A DNA stretch of 19,566 nucleotides from an uncultured bacterium (GTDB lineage: Bacteria; Lernaellota; Lernaellaia; Lernaellales; Lernaellaceae): the NCBI GenBank assembly GCA_964534375.1, contig CAZHPN010000119.1, forward strand, positions 1 to 19,566, given 5' to 3'. This document shows positions 1 through 8,299 of the stretch, one piece after another. Every line of letters starts with the position of its first letter. The stretch's first letter is position 1. A program made the position numbers and the translations under genes. The notes below the pieces were generated by a model, which saw only the letters and a program-made list of their open reading frames with translations, did not search any database and was not told the origin of the DNA.

Positions 1-53
1 TAAGTATGCGAATTTACAGAATCACGACCCCTGAACTGGCGAAGTTGGGCTAG
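1..53. mobile_element. Probable end of a multicopy insertion sequence or repeat (left window end), finishing in CTAG
   Basis: Bases 1-52 are the exact reverse complement of 19514-19565. GC is 24/52, lower than the flanks. The junction is CTAG here and CTAA at the other copy, resembling YTAR target sites. No transposase lies in the window. Confidence 0.55.
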
Positions 54-81
54 CGTTCAGGCGGCGCCGTAACCCTCGACG

Positions 82-999
82 CTACAGGTAGTACAGCAGC
101 ACAAGAATCGCGACGAACCACATCCCGATGTCGATCAGAATCGGGGCGTCGGTCAAGAGCGTCTTCGTCGGGCTGCCGCCGCTGTCTTTTTGATGCACCA
201 GGTACAAGTAGCGGAAGATCCCATACAGCACGAAGGGGATGGTCAGCGGCAGGTATTTGCCGCCGCGGCCGACGTGTTTGAGCGTCTCTTCGCTGGTCGT
301 GTAAAGGCTGTAGGCCAGCACCGTCGACGCCGTAACGACCGCGATCATCTGGTCGAGGAACGTGGTGTTGTATTCGCTGAGAATCTTGCGATGGCTGGCC
401 GCGTCGTCGTTGAGCAGCGTTAATTCGTGCCGGCGCTTGCCGAAGCCGAGGAACAACGCCAGCAATGTCGTGCAGACGATTACCCACAAACTGACGGGAA
501 TGCCCAGCAGCGCGCCGCCCGCCCAAACGCGCAGGTCGAACCCGAGGGCGAGGCACATCACGTCGAGAATCACGACGTGCTTGAGCTTCTGCGAATAAGC
601 GATTTGCAGCGCCAGATACGCCAGGCAAACGAGCGGAAATAGCCAGCCCGCCGCATGATTGAGCAGACTGAGCGCGACCGCCAACGCGAACGCCCCGCCG
701 ATGATCAGCCAGACGGCCCGGGCCGCGATCGCCTCGGGCAGCGCGCCCGACGCAATCGGCCGCAGCCGTTTGGTCGGATGCTTGCGGTCGCGCTCCACGT
801 CGGCCAGATCGTTGTACAGATACACCCCGCCGGCGAGCAGGCAGAACGTCGCAAAACAGCCCGTCGTGAGCAGCAGGTTGCGGGCGACGAGAAATCCGCC
901 GGAAAACAGCACGGCGGGGAAGACCATGAAGTTCTTCACCCATTGTTTCGGACGCATCGACAGCAATATTTCGCGGGCGTAACCCAGGAAAACGCTCAC
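82..999 (-). CDS. UbiA-family prenyltransferase, decaprenyl-phosphate phosphoribosyltransferase (DPPR synthase)-like
   Basis: 305-aa polytopic membrane protein with RPKQWVKN, NDLADVERDRKHPTKRLRPIASG and KRRHEL motifs typical of this subfamily. The GTG start overlaps the pilT stop (GTGA, 996-999). Confidence 0.88.
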   Translation of the reverse strand: MSVFLGYAREILLSMRPKQWVKNFMVFPAVLFSGGFLVARNLLLTTGCFATFCLLAGGVYLYNDLADVERDRKHPTKRLRPIASGALPEAIAARAVWLIIGGAFALAVALSLLNHAAGWLFPLVCLAYLALQIAYSQKLKHVVILDVMCLALGFDLRVWAGGALLGIPVSLWVIVCTTLLALFLGFGKRRHELTLLNDDAASHRKILSEYNTTFLDQMIAVVTASTVLAYSLYTTSEETLKHVGRGGKYLPLTIPFVLYGIFRYLYLVHQKDSGGSPTKTLLTDAPILIDIGMWFVAILVLLYYL

Positions 1000-2225
1000 T
1001 CCGAGAACCTCTCCAACAGATCGCCGAAGCCGCCGCCGGCGCCGCCCTGGCCGCCCTGGCCGCCTTCGCCGCCGGGTTTCTTTTTCGGCTGGCCTTGCCG
1101 GTATTCGTCGTACCGGGCCTCGTCAATGCCGGACACCCCGCGCAGGCGCAGTTTGAAATCGCCCGGATTGGACGCGTTTTCCAGCGCGGCGTCGATAGTG
1201 ATAATGTTGTTTTGCACGAGCTGCATCAGGCTCATGTCGAAAGTTTGCATGCCGTAGGTCGTGAAGCTCTGGGCGATGATGTCGGGGATTTCGCCGGTCT
1301 TTTTGGCGTCGCGGATGCAATCGTGGACGCGGGCGTTGTTGACCAGCACCTCGACCGCCGGCGCGCGGCCCCGGCCGTCGGCCCGGGCGATCAACCGCTG
1401 GCAGACGATGGCCCTGAGGCAACTGGCCAGTTGGAACCGGATCAGATCCTCCTGGTGGGTCGGAAACACCGCGAGCACGCGGGAGATCGTCTCCATCACG
1501 TCCGTCGTGTGCAGCGTCGAGAGCACCAGGTGGCCGGTCTCGGCGGCCTGCAGCGCGGTGGTCATCGTTTCGAAGTCGCGCATTTCGCCGACGAAGATGA
1601 CATCCGGATCCTGGCGCAACGCGACGCGCAACGCCGAACCGAAGCCCTTCGTGTCGAAGCCGACTTCCCGCTGGCTGATGATGCTCTTCTTGTCGCGAAT
1701 AAGAAATTCGATCGGGTCTTCGATCGTGATGATATGACAAGTGCGCGTGCTGTTGATCGCCTCGACCATCGACGCCAGCGTCGTCGATTTGCCGGAACCC
1801 GTCGAGCCCGTGACCAGCACCAGGCCGCGCCGCTCCAGGCAAATCTTGTGCAGCGCCGGCGGCAAGCCCAGGTCGTCGAAGTTCCTGATCTGATAGGGAA
1901 TCGACCGCATGGCGATCGCGATCGAGCCGCGCTGGCGATAGATGTTGACGCGAAACCGGCCGACGCCCGGCAGGCTGTAGGCGAGGTCGACTTCGTTGTT
2001 CTCCTTGAACAGCGCGACGAGCCGTTCGTCGAGCATCGTCTCGGCGGTGTGCGCGACGTCCGGCGCGGTGAGCTTCGGGTGCTTGGCCAGATCGACGAGT
2101 TCGCCGTTGATCCGGAACACGGGGCAGCGCCCCGGCTTGAGATGGATGTCCGACGCATTGCTCTGCATCGCGGCTTGCAGCAGCCCGGGCAGATCGAGTC
2201 CGACGCGCGGCGGCGCCTCCGCCAT
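996..2225 (-). CDS. pilT: Type IV pilus retraction ATPase, PilT/PilU family
   Basis: ASDIHL, GRFRVN, Walker A GSTGSGKST, Asp box TIEDPIE, Walker B LRQDPDVIFVGEMRD and His box AAETGHLVLSTLH. The AIRNLIRE motif is replaced by RVHDCIRD, so this may be a paralog. Confidence 0.9.
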   Translation of the reverse strand: MAEAPPRVGLDLPGLLQAAMQSNASDIHLKPGRCPVFRINGELVDLAKHPKLTAPDVAHTAETMLDERLVALFKENNEVDLAYSLPGVGRFRVNIYRQRGSIAIAMRSIPYQIRNFDDLGLPPALHKICLERRGLVLVTGSTGSGKSTTLASMVEAINSTRTCHIITIEDPIEFLIRDKKSIISQREVGFDTKGFGSALRVALRQDPDVIFVGEMRDFETMTTALQAAETGHLVLSTLHTTDVMETISRVLAVFPTHQEDLIRFQLASCLRAIVCQRLIARADGRGRAPAVEVLVNNARVHDCIRDAKKTGEIPDIIAQSFTTYGMQTFDMSLMQLVQNNIITIDAALENASNPGDFKLRLRGVSGIDEARYDEYRQGQPKKKPGGEGGQGGQGGAGGGFGDLLERFSE

Positions 2226-2228
2226 GGC

Positions 2229-3308
2229 CTATTGCTCCTCCGCCGGCCCTTCTTCGGCGACGGGCTGGACGAAGATCTCGACGTTTTTCGCCGCGGCGAT
2301 CAGCTTCTCGCGCACCGCGGCCATGATGTCGGGATTGGCCTCGAGAAAGGCTTTCGCGTTTTCGCGGCCGTGGCCGATGCGGTTTTCGTTGAAAGTGTAC
2401 CACGCGCCGGTTTTTTCGAGCACGTTGGCTGCGGCCCCCAGGTCGATCAACTCGCCGGCCAGGCTGATGCCCCGGCCGAAGAGGATGTCGAATTCCGTTT
2501 GGCGAAACGGCGGCGCGACTTTGTTCTTCACGACCTTGACCCGCGCCCGGTTGCCCACGGCGTCCTGCCCCATTTTGATCGTGCTGATGCGCCGGATGTC
2601 GAGGCGCACCGAACTGTAGAATTTCAGCGCATTGCCGCCCGGCGTGGTTTCGGGGTTGCCGAACATCACGCCGATCTTCATGCGGATTTGGTTGATGAAG
2701 ATCAGCAGCGCGTCGCTCTTATGAAGAATCGCGGCGAGCTTGCGCAACGCCTGGCTCATCAGCCGCGCCTGCAGGCCGACGTGTTGATCGCCCATCTCGC
2801 CCTCGATCTCCGCCCGCGGCGCCAACGCGGCGACGGAATCGATAACGATAATGTCGATCGCGCCGGAACGCACGAGCACTTCGCAAATCTCCAGCGCTTG
2901 CTCGCCGGTGTCCGGCTGGGACAGCAGCAGGTCGTCGACTTGCACGCCGAGCTTGCGGGCGTAAACCGGGTCGAGCGCGTGCTCGGCGTCGATGTACGCC
3001 GCGACGCCGCCTTTTTTCTGACATTCGGCCACCGCGTGCAACGCGAGGGTCGTCTTGCCCGACGATTCCGGCCCGTAAATCTCGACAATGCGGCCGCGCG
3101 GCAGGCCGCCGACGCCCAGCGCCAAATCGAGCCCGATCGAACCGGTGCTGATCGCCTCGACGAGCTCGATCGGTCCGCTGTCCCCCAGGCGCATGATCGC
3201 GCCTTTGCCGAACTGTTTCTCGATCTGGCTGATCGCCTGCGTCACCGCCTTGTGCCGTTGCTCCGCATGCTTCTCCGATCGCTGTTCTTCGCTTTTCGCC
3301 TCACCCAT
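2229..3308 (-). CDS. recA: Recombinase RecA
   Basis: [68 protein letters not shown] and [20 protein letters not shown] at 3316-3321. Confidence 0.99.
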   Translation of the reverse strand: MGEAKSEEQRSEKHAEQRHKAVTQAISQIEKQFGKGAIMRLGDSGPIELVEAISTGSIGLDLALGVGGLPRGRIVEIYGPESSGKTTLALHAVAECQKKGGVAAYIDAEHALDPVYARKLGVQVDDLLLSQPDTGEQALEICEVLVRSGAIDIIVIDSVAALAPRAEIEGEMGDQHVGLQARLMSQALRKLAAILHKSDALLIFINQIRMKIGVMFGNPETTPGGNALKFYSSVRLDIRRISTIKMGQDAVGNRARVKVVKNKVAPPFRQTEFDILFGRGISLAGELIDLGAAANVLEKTGAWYTFNENRIGHGRENAKAFLEANPDIMAAVREKLIAAAKNVEIFVQPVAEEGPAEEQ

Positions 3309-3344
3309 CGTAAAGCTCCTTTGGCCGGTTAGGAAGGTTCGCGG

Positions 3345-3373
3345 ATTCTACCAAGGCCGCGCCGCGGACGCAA
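3345..3373 (-). promoter_or_regulatory. Putative sigma70 promoter of the recA-pilT-ubiA operon
   Basis: Minus strand reads TTGCGT-N17-TAGAAT with an extended -10 (TGG TAGAAT), about 36 nt upstream of the recA ATG. Confidence 0.65.
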
Positions 3374-3449
3374 ACATCGCGCGACCGCATTATGACGGGG
3401 CGCGGAATCGAGCGCGGCGCCGGTCGCTCGCCGGCTCCGCGCCAGCTTC

Positions 3450-3484
3450 AAAAAAAAACAGAGCGGAACGACCGCTCTGTTTTT
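3450..3484 (-). terminator. Intrinsic terminator after HU, possibly bidirectional
   Basis: Stem ACAGAGCGG/CCGCTCTGT with a 5-nt loop. The A9 run gives U9 on the minus strand, and T5 lies on the other side. Located about 22 nt after the HU stop. Confidence 0.85.
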
Positions 3485-3506
3485 CGATCTTGCCGTCTGC
3501 GCGTGT

Positions 3507-3812
3507 TTACTTGCCGCCGGGCGCCACGATCTCTTTGAAAGCCTTGGACAGGCGCGCCTTGACCACGGTCTTGGCCGGGATCTTGATGGTGGCGCCGGTC
3601 GCCGGGTTCCGGCCCATGCGGGCTTTGCGTTTCGCCTTCACCAACTTGCCGACGCCGGGCAGCGTGAACGCGCCGATTTTCTTGGTTTCGGCGGCGGCCA
3701 GCGCGGCCAGCTCGTCGAGCACTTCGACCGCGACCTTCTTCGGCAGAGCGAATTTCTCCGCGAAGTGGGCGGCGATCGCCGATTTCGTCATCGGTTTTTT
3801 AGCAGTCGCCAT
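3507..3812 (-). CDS. hup: HU-family DNA-binding protein
   Basis: 101 aa from ATG 3812 (MATAKKPMTKS) with an AAGGAG RBS. FTLPGVGKL and RKARMGRNPATGATIKIPA match the HU arm motif. The ORF-track extension to 3878 is unlikely. Confidence 0.93.
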   Translation of the reverse strand: MATAKKPMTKSAIAAHFAEKFALPKKVAVEVLDELAALAAAETKKIGAFTLPGVGKLVKAKRKARMGRNPATGATIKIPAKTVVKARLSKAFKEIVAPGGK

Positions 3813-4001
3813 CGGTTTTTCTCCTTTTGTTGAACCAGGGGTTGATTTTCGATAGCACCGTTTGCGGTCCGCGGTCAAGAAAATAATTCGCCTCGGTGCA
3901 TTTTTTTGCTTATTTCACAGGCTTTCCCGCGCGCGAAGGCCCGCAAAGGCCCGTCCTGCAACGCCGCGCGCCGTCGGCGGGACGAGATTTTCCGTCGCCG
4001 G

Positions 4002-5411
4002 TCAGGTCGACGGCCGGCGAAACATGCGCCGGCTGAAGGCCTTCGCCGCCGCCAGCAACGCCGCGCGCGCGACCGGCTGGCGCAGGCGCCGCAGGTAACG
4101 CAGCATCACGTCCGCGCGCAGGTAGAACCGCCGATACAGCCGCCGCCGCGCCTGCCGCAATTTCTGCGGCGTGAACCCGGTCGGCACGAAATTGACGAGC
4201 CACTCGCTGCGCGCGCCGGGCCCGTTGTAGATTTGCCCGAGACCGCGCAGCCCGTCGGCGATTTCCGCGCCCGGGTACGGCGTGAAATAGCCCAGCGCCA
4301 CATCGTCGAGCGGCGCGCGGCGCAGGAAGTGGCGCGTCGCGCGCAGCGTGGTCCGGGTTTCGCCGGGCCCGCCGACCAGCAGGCGCACCTGCGCGCCAAT
4401 GTTCGCCGCCCGCGTCGCCTTCAACGCCGCCAGCGCCTGCTCGACGGTGAACCGCGCGCCGAACCGCTTCAACATGCCCGGTTCCGCCGCCGCGAGGTGG
4501 AAGACGATCTGCCAGCAGCCGCCCTTGGCCAATTCGCGCCAGCCGAAGGCCGAGAGGCTCTGATCGGGCCGCGCCTGACAGGAAAACGACAACGGCAGGC
4601 CGCTGCGCTGAATCAGCCGGCACAACTCGACAAGCCGGCCTTCGTCGATCAGCAGGCTCTCGTCCATCAGGGCGAAATCGACGATCGCCTCGCGGCGGTA
4701 GAGGAATTCCATCATTTCGAAAATCCGCGCCGCGCCGTGCAGCCGCAGTTTCCGGCCGAAGACGCTTTGATCGCGGTAGCCGTCGGCGTACGGATCGCCG
4801 CGGGAGGTCACCAGAATCGTCGAGGGCAGGCGATACGTCGATTGCGGGCTCGGCTCGTATTCCGTCGGCGTCGGCCGCAAGACGTGCCACGCCGGCAGGG
4901 GCAACTCATCGAGGTCGGCGATCGGCGGCCGCGGCTTGCTGCGGCGGATCACGCCGCCGTCGCGGAACGCGACGCCGCGGACCGCGCCGGGTTCGCCCCG
5001 GCGTTCGAGTTCCTGGTGAATCTCCCAGGCCGTGACCTCGCCTTCGCCGATCGCGATGTAATCGATCGAGCGGTAGGTGTCGAGAACTTCCTCGGGGCGC
5101 GCGCTGGGGTGCGCGCCGCCGACGACGATCGTGCAGTCCGGCATCAACTGCTTGAGCTTGGCGGCGGTTTCGGCGGCGGTCGGCAGCGCCGGCGTCGGCA
5201 CGGTCAACCCGCAAATCAGCGGTGCGCTCTCGGCCGCCTTCAGCGCGGCGCGCGTCGGGTCCAGGCTCAGCGCGGCGGCGTCGAGGACCGTCGCGTCCAC
5301 GCCCTGCCGCAGCAGGAACGCGGCGATGCTCAGCAGGCCCAGCGGCGGCAGGTAATTCGGCATCTGGGTGCCGGGCGGCAGCGGTGGATTGATGAGCACG
5401 AAGTCGGCCAC
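4002..5411 (-). CDS. Cobalamin-binding radical-SAM-superfamily protein lacking the CxxxCxxC motif
   Basis: N-terminal B12-binding motifs LINPP, PPLGLLSIAA, GGAHPS, GEGE and DLDELPLP; then TSRG-DPYADGYR where TSRG-CPxxCxFC is expected; later GGPGET and FTPYPGA. GTG start at 5411 with AGGAG at 5417-5421. Confidence 0.82.
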   Translation of the reverse strand: MADFVLINPPLPPGTQMPNYLPPLGLLSIAAFLLRQGVDATVLDAAALSLDPTRAALKAAESAPLICGLTVPTPALPTAAETAAKLKQLMPDCTIVVGGAHPSARPEEVLDTYRSIDYIAIGEGEVTAWEIHQELERRGEPGAVRGVAFRDGGVIRRSKPRPPIADLDELPLPAWHVLRPTPTEYEPSPQSTYRLPSTILVTSRGDPYADGYRDQSVFGRKLRLHGAARIFEMMEFLYRREAIVDFALMDESLLIDEGRLVELCRLIQRSGLPLSFSCQARPDQSLSAFGWRELAKGGCWQIVFHLAAAEPGMLKRFGARFTVEQALAALKATRAANIGAQVRLLVGGPGETRTTLRATRHFLRRAPLDDVALGYFTPYPGAEIADGLRGLGQIYNGPGARSEWLVNFVPTGFTPQKLRQARRRLYRRFYLRADVMLRYLRRLRQPVARAALLAAAKAFSRRMFRRPST

Positions 5412-5419
5412 GCGCGCTC

Positions 5420-6430
5420 CTAGGCCCGCTGCGGCGCGGCGCAGGCGCAGCGGGCGGCCGCTTCGCAGCACGCGCGTTCGCGGCCGGCGACGTCGGCGAG
5501 CAGCGCCGCCGCTTCGTCAAAGCCGCTCGGCGACGGCGCTTCGCTGACGGCCCGCAGGCGCTGCGCCAGTTGCGTCCAGCCCGCGGCGATTTCCGCCATG
5601 CGCTCGGCCAGGCCCAGCCGCACAATGTCGGCGCAATGCGGGGCGGCCTCACGCAGAAACGCCGCATACATCTTGCGGAAGAACCCGCCGCCCGTGCCGC
5701 GTTTTTCGATCACCTGATAGGCGAACCGCGCGCACCACTGCCAATCCGGCGCCGCGCCCCAGCGCGGCAAATCGGCCGCCGCCGCGGCGAGCGCGGCGAC
5801 CCCGAAACTCGGGCCGCGGTCGGACAGCATCCGGCGCGCCATCGCGGCGATCGTCGCCGGCGTCGCCTGCGCCAGCGGCGTCAGCCGCGGCGGCACGCGC
5901 ACGTCGAACCAATCGTTCTCCAGTTGGAACGGCAGGCCGTCGGCGCGGCGCGCGCGGGCGAGGCTCGCCAGCGGCAGTTCCTGCATCTCGGCAAATTCGT
6001 TGTCGCTGAGCAGCGCGGTCTGTTTATCCTCGTCGTAGCCGACGACCAGCACGCGATGGCCGGCGAAGTGCGTCTGCGTGCGATAGTAATCGAGCCAGCG
6101 GATGTCGACGCCGATCAGCGCCGGCCGTCCGGCGTCGATTTCGTCTTTCACCCAGCGCCAACCCTCGGCGTCGTCGCGCGTGCGGCGAATCTCGCACGTC
6201 ACGCCGAGCGCGGCGAAGCAATCGATTTCCAGCAGCGCGCCGCGCCCCATCCACCAGTGCGTCGGGCTCATCGTCGGGTCGGCGAGGTACACGAAATCCG
6301 GCCCCTGGCCCAGCCCCAGGCACATCGGTTCCGAATAATTGTGGCCGTAGAAACGCAGCAGCCGGCTGACGGCCGACGAGCCGCAATGCTGCCCCGTCTG
6401 GTGGACAAACGCCCGAACGATGTTTTGCAT
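5420..6430 (-). CDS. BtrH N-terminal domain / DUF4872 protein (papain/C39-like Cys-His-Asp fold)
   Basis: GQHCGSS...SEPMCLGLGQG...LDYY...HFAGHRVLVVGYDE...LSDN; C-terminal IEKRGTGGGFFRKMYAAFL is typical of this family. Confidence 0.8.
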   Translation of the reverse strand: MQNIVRAFVHQTGQHCGSSAVSRLLRFYGHNYSEPMCLGLGQGPDFVYLADPTMSPTHWWMGRGALLEIDCFAALGVTCEIRRTRDDAEGWRWVKDEIDAGRPALIGVDIRWLDYYRTQTHFAGHRVLVVGYDEDKQTALLSDNEFAEMQELPLASLARARRADGLPFQLENDWFDVRVPPRLTPLAQATPATIAAMARRMLSDRGPSFGVAALAAAAADLPRWGAAPDWQWCARFAYQVIEKRGTGGGFFRKMYAAFLREAAPHCADIVRLGLAERMAEIAAGWTQLAQRLRAVSEAPSPSGFDEAAALLADVAGRERACCEAAARCACAAPQRA

Positions 6431-6589
6431 GCCGCTCCGACCCGTTCGCAGAACGCCTCACATTGCCTTGCGCGGGCCGGGCAGGTCAAGACGGTTCGAA
6501 TGAACCTCAACCACGGAGTCACAGAGAATGAATTAATGAGGAACTCTGTATTGCCGGCCGCGAAGTTCTTCGCGTAAGAAAAAGATTTC

Positions 6590-6735
6590 CACTTAAACCG
6601 CCGAGGACGCAGAGGACGCAGAGGTTTGGGTTCGGTTTGATTAAGAAAACCTCTGCGGCCTTTGCGTTGAAAAAACAAACAAAGTCATTAATCCTGCCGA
6701 CCTCTGCGACCTCTGCGACCTCGGCGGTCTAAGTG
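6590..6735. repeat. Palindromic intergenic element made of 9-bp tandem units, with 36-bp inverted arms
   Basis: Left arm 6590-6625 (CACTTAAACCGCCGAGGACGCAGAGGACGCAGAGGT) matches the reverse complement of 6700-6735 with 3 mismatches. A degenerate third arm lies at about 6646-6668. Confidence 0.8.
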
Positions 6736-6817
6736 TGACCCATGCGGTTGCGGCCGACGGCCGCGCTGTGTTCCTTGTGCGCTGTGGTCAAATCAAAAAT
6801 CAACATCCCGCGGATCG

Positions 6818-7846
6818 TCAACTTTGCCGCGAATCCCTCAGCCGCGCGGCATACATGCGCTCGTAGTAGTCGCGATACGCGCCGCTTTGGATGTCTTCCC
6901 ACCACGAACGGTGGTCGCGATACCACTCGATCACGCCGGCGAGGCCCTGACGAAAATCGACCTGCGGCCGCCAGCCGAGTTCGCGGCGGATTTTCGCTGA
7001 ATCGATGGCGTAGCGGCGGTCGTGGCCGGGCCGATCGGTCACGTGGCGGATCAAGCTCTCGGGCCGGCCGAGCAATTCGAGGATGAGCCGGGTGATCTCG
7101 AGGTTGGCGCGCTCGTTGCCGCCGCCGACGTTGTAGACCTCGCCGGGCCGGCCGCCTTCGAGCACCGCCCACAGCGCGCGGACGTGGTCGTCGACGTGAA
7201 TCCAATCGCGCACGTTGCGACCGTCGCCGTAGAGCGGCAGCGGCTGATCGGCCAGGGCGTTGGCGATGAACAGCGGAATCAGTTTTTCCGGAAACTGAAG
7301 CGGGCCGTAGTTGTTCGAGCAGCGCGTGACGATCGCGGGCAGCCCGAAGGTGCGGTGCTGGGCCAGCGCCAGCAAGTCGGCGGCGGCTTTGCTGGCCGAA
7401 TACGGGCTCGACGGCTGCAACGGGCTTTCCTCGGTGAACAGCCCCGTCGGGCCGAGCGAGCCGTACACTTCGTCGGTGCTGACCTGCACGAATTTTTGCA
7501 AGCCGACGCGCCGCGCTTCGTCGAGCATCGTCTGCGTGCCGGCGACGTTCGTGCGCACGAACAACGCGGCGCCGTCGAGCGAACGATCGACGTGGCTCTC
7601 GGCGGCGAAGTGCACGGCGGCGTCGCAACCGGCCATCGCCGCCGCGACGTCGGCCGGCTGCGCCACGTCGCCTTTCACGAAGCGGTAACGCGGATCGCCG
7701 GCGACGTCCGCCAGGTTGGCCAGGTTCCCGGCGTAGGTGAGCGCGTCGAGGTTGACGATGCGCCACTCGCTTTTTTGCGCGAGGGAGTAACGGATGAAGT
7801 TGGCGCCGATGAAGCCGCAGCCGCCGGTGACCAGCAAAGTCTTCAT
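6818..7846 (-). CDS. rfbB: dTDP-glucose 4,6-dehydratase
   Basis: LVTGGCGFIGANF, LDALTYAGN, HFAAESHVDRS, VSTDEVYG, PYSASKA, SNNYGPLQFPEKLIP and DRPGHDRRYA (RmlB/RfbB). Confidence 0.96.
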   Translation of the reverse strand: MKTLLVTGGCGFIGANFIRYSLAQKSEWRIVNLDALTYAGNLANLADVAGDPRYRFVKGDVAQPADVAAAMAGCDAAVHFAAESHVDRSLDGAALFVRTNVAGTQTMLDEARRVGLQKFVQVSTDEVYGSLGPTGLFTEESPLQPSSPYSASKAAADLLALAQHRTFGLPAIVTRCSNNYGPLQFPEKLIPLFIANALADQPLPLYGDGRNVRDWIHVDDHVRALWAVLEGGRPGEVYNVGGGNERANLEITRLILELLGRPESLIRHVTDRPGHDRRYAIDSAKIRRELGWRPQVDFRQGLAGVIEWYRDHRSWWEDIQSGAYRDYYERMYAARLRDSRQS

Positions 7847-7889
7847 GGAGCCTCGTCGGCGATCGTGGGTGGTCGGGCGCGCCGCCGCT

Positions 7890-8276
7890 TCAGCGCGCCG
7901 CCGCGACGTGCTTTTCGACCATGTCCATCATTTCCGACAGGTCGAACGGTTTTTTGAGATAATCCACGGCGCCTTTTTCCATCGCCCGCCGCTTCTCGCT
8001 GGAAAATTGGATCGTGGTGTACGCCGTCATGAAAATCACCGGGATCGCGGCGGTGCGCGGGTCGGCGCGCAGCGCGGCCAGCACGTCCCAGCCGTCCATC
8101 TTCGGGAGCATGATGTCGCAGAGAATCAGATCCGGCAGGTGCTCGCGGGCCGCTTGCAATCCCGACTCGCCGTCTTCGGCGATCACGACGTCGTAGCCGG
8201 CGAAGTTCAGCTTCGTTTTGATGATGTCGCTGTTCTCTTCCACGTCGTCGATCACCAAAATCTTTTTCCCGGCCAT
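7890..8276 (-). CDS. Single-domain response regulator (receiver only)
   Basis: KILVIDD, PDLILCDIMLPKMDG, PVIFMTA and YLKKPF. ATG at 8276 with a GGAGG RBS; 128 aa; no output domain. Confidence 0.92.
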   Translation of the reverse strand: MAGKKILVIDDVEENSDIIKTKLNFAGYDVVIAEDGESGLQAAREHLPDLILCDIMLPKMDGWDVLAALRADPRTAAIPVIFMTAYTTIQFSSEKRRAMEKGAVDYLKKPFDLSEMMDMVEKHVAAAR

Positions 8277-8299
8277 GTGCGGCGCCTCCCCTCGGTCGT

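Noticed and set aside
44..50. GTTGGGC matches the integron attC core GTTRRRY
   Set aside because: No inverse core or integrase is present, and the flanking genes are not cassette-like. A 7-bp degenerate match is weak evidence.
1095..3332. Long plus-strand ORFs (1095-3332, 3906-5423, 8345-10087, 10698-12821 and others)
   Set aside because: They are antisense shadows of well-supported minus-strand genes, expected in high-GC DNA, and show no recognisable motifs.
3309..3449. LexA/SOS box upstream of recA
   Set aside because: No convincing match to CTGT-N8-ACAG, GAAC-N4-GTTC or GTTC-N7-GTTC. An unknown box cannot be excluded.
6590..6735. Short repeat arrays (here and at 13701, 15701 and 17765) as CRISPR
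   Set aside because: The units are 7-9 bp and tandem, with no unique spacers, and there are no cas genes.
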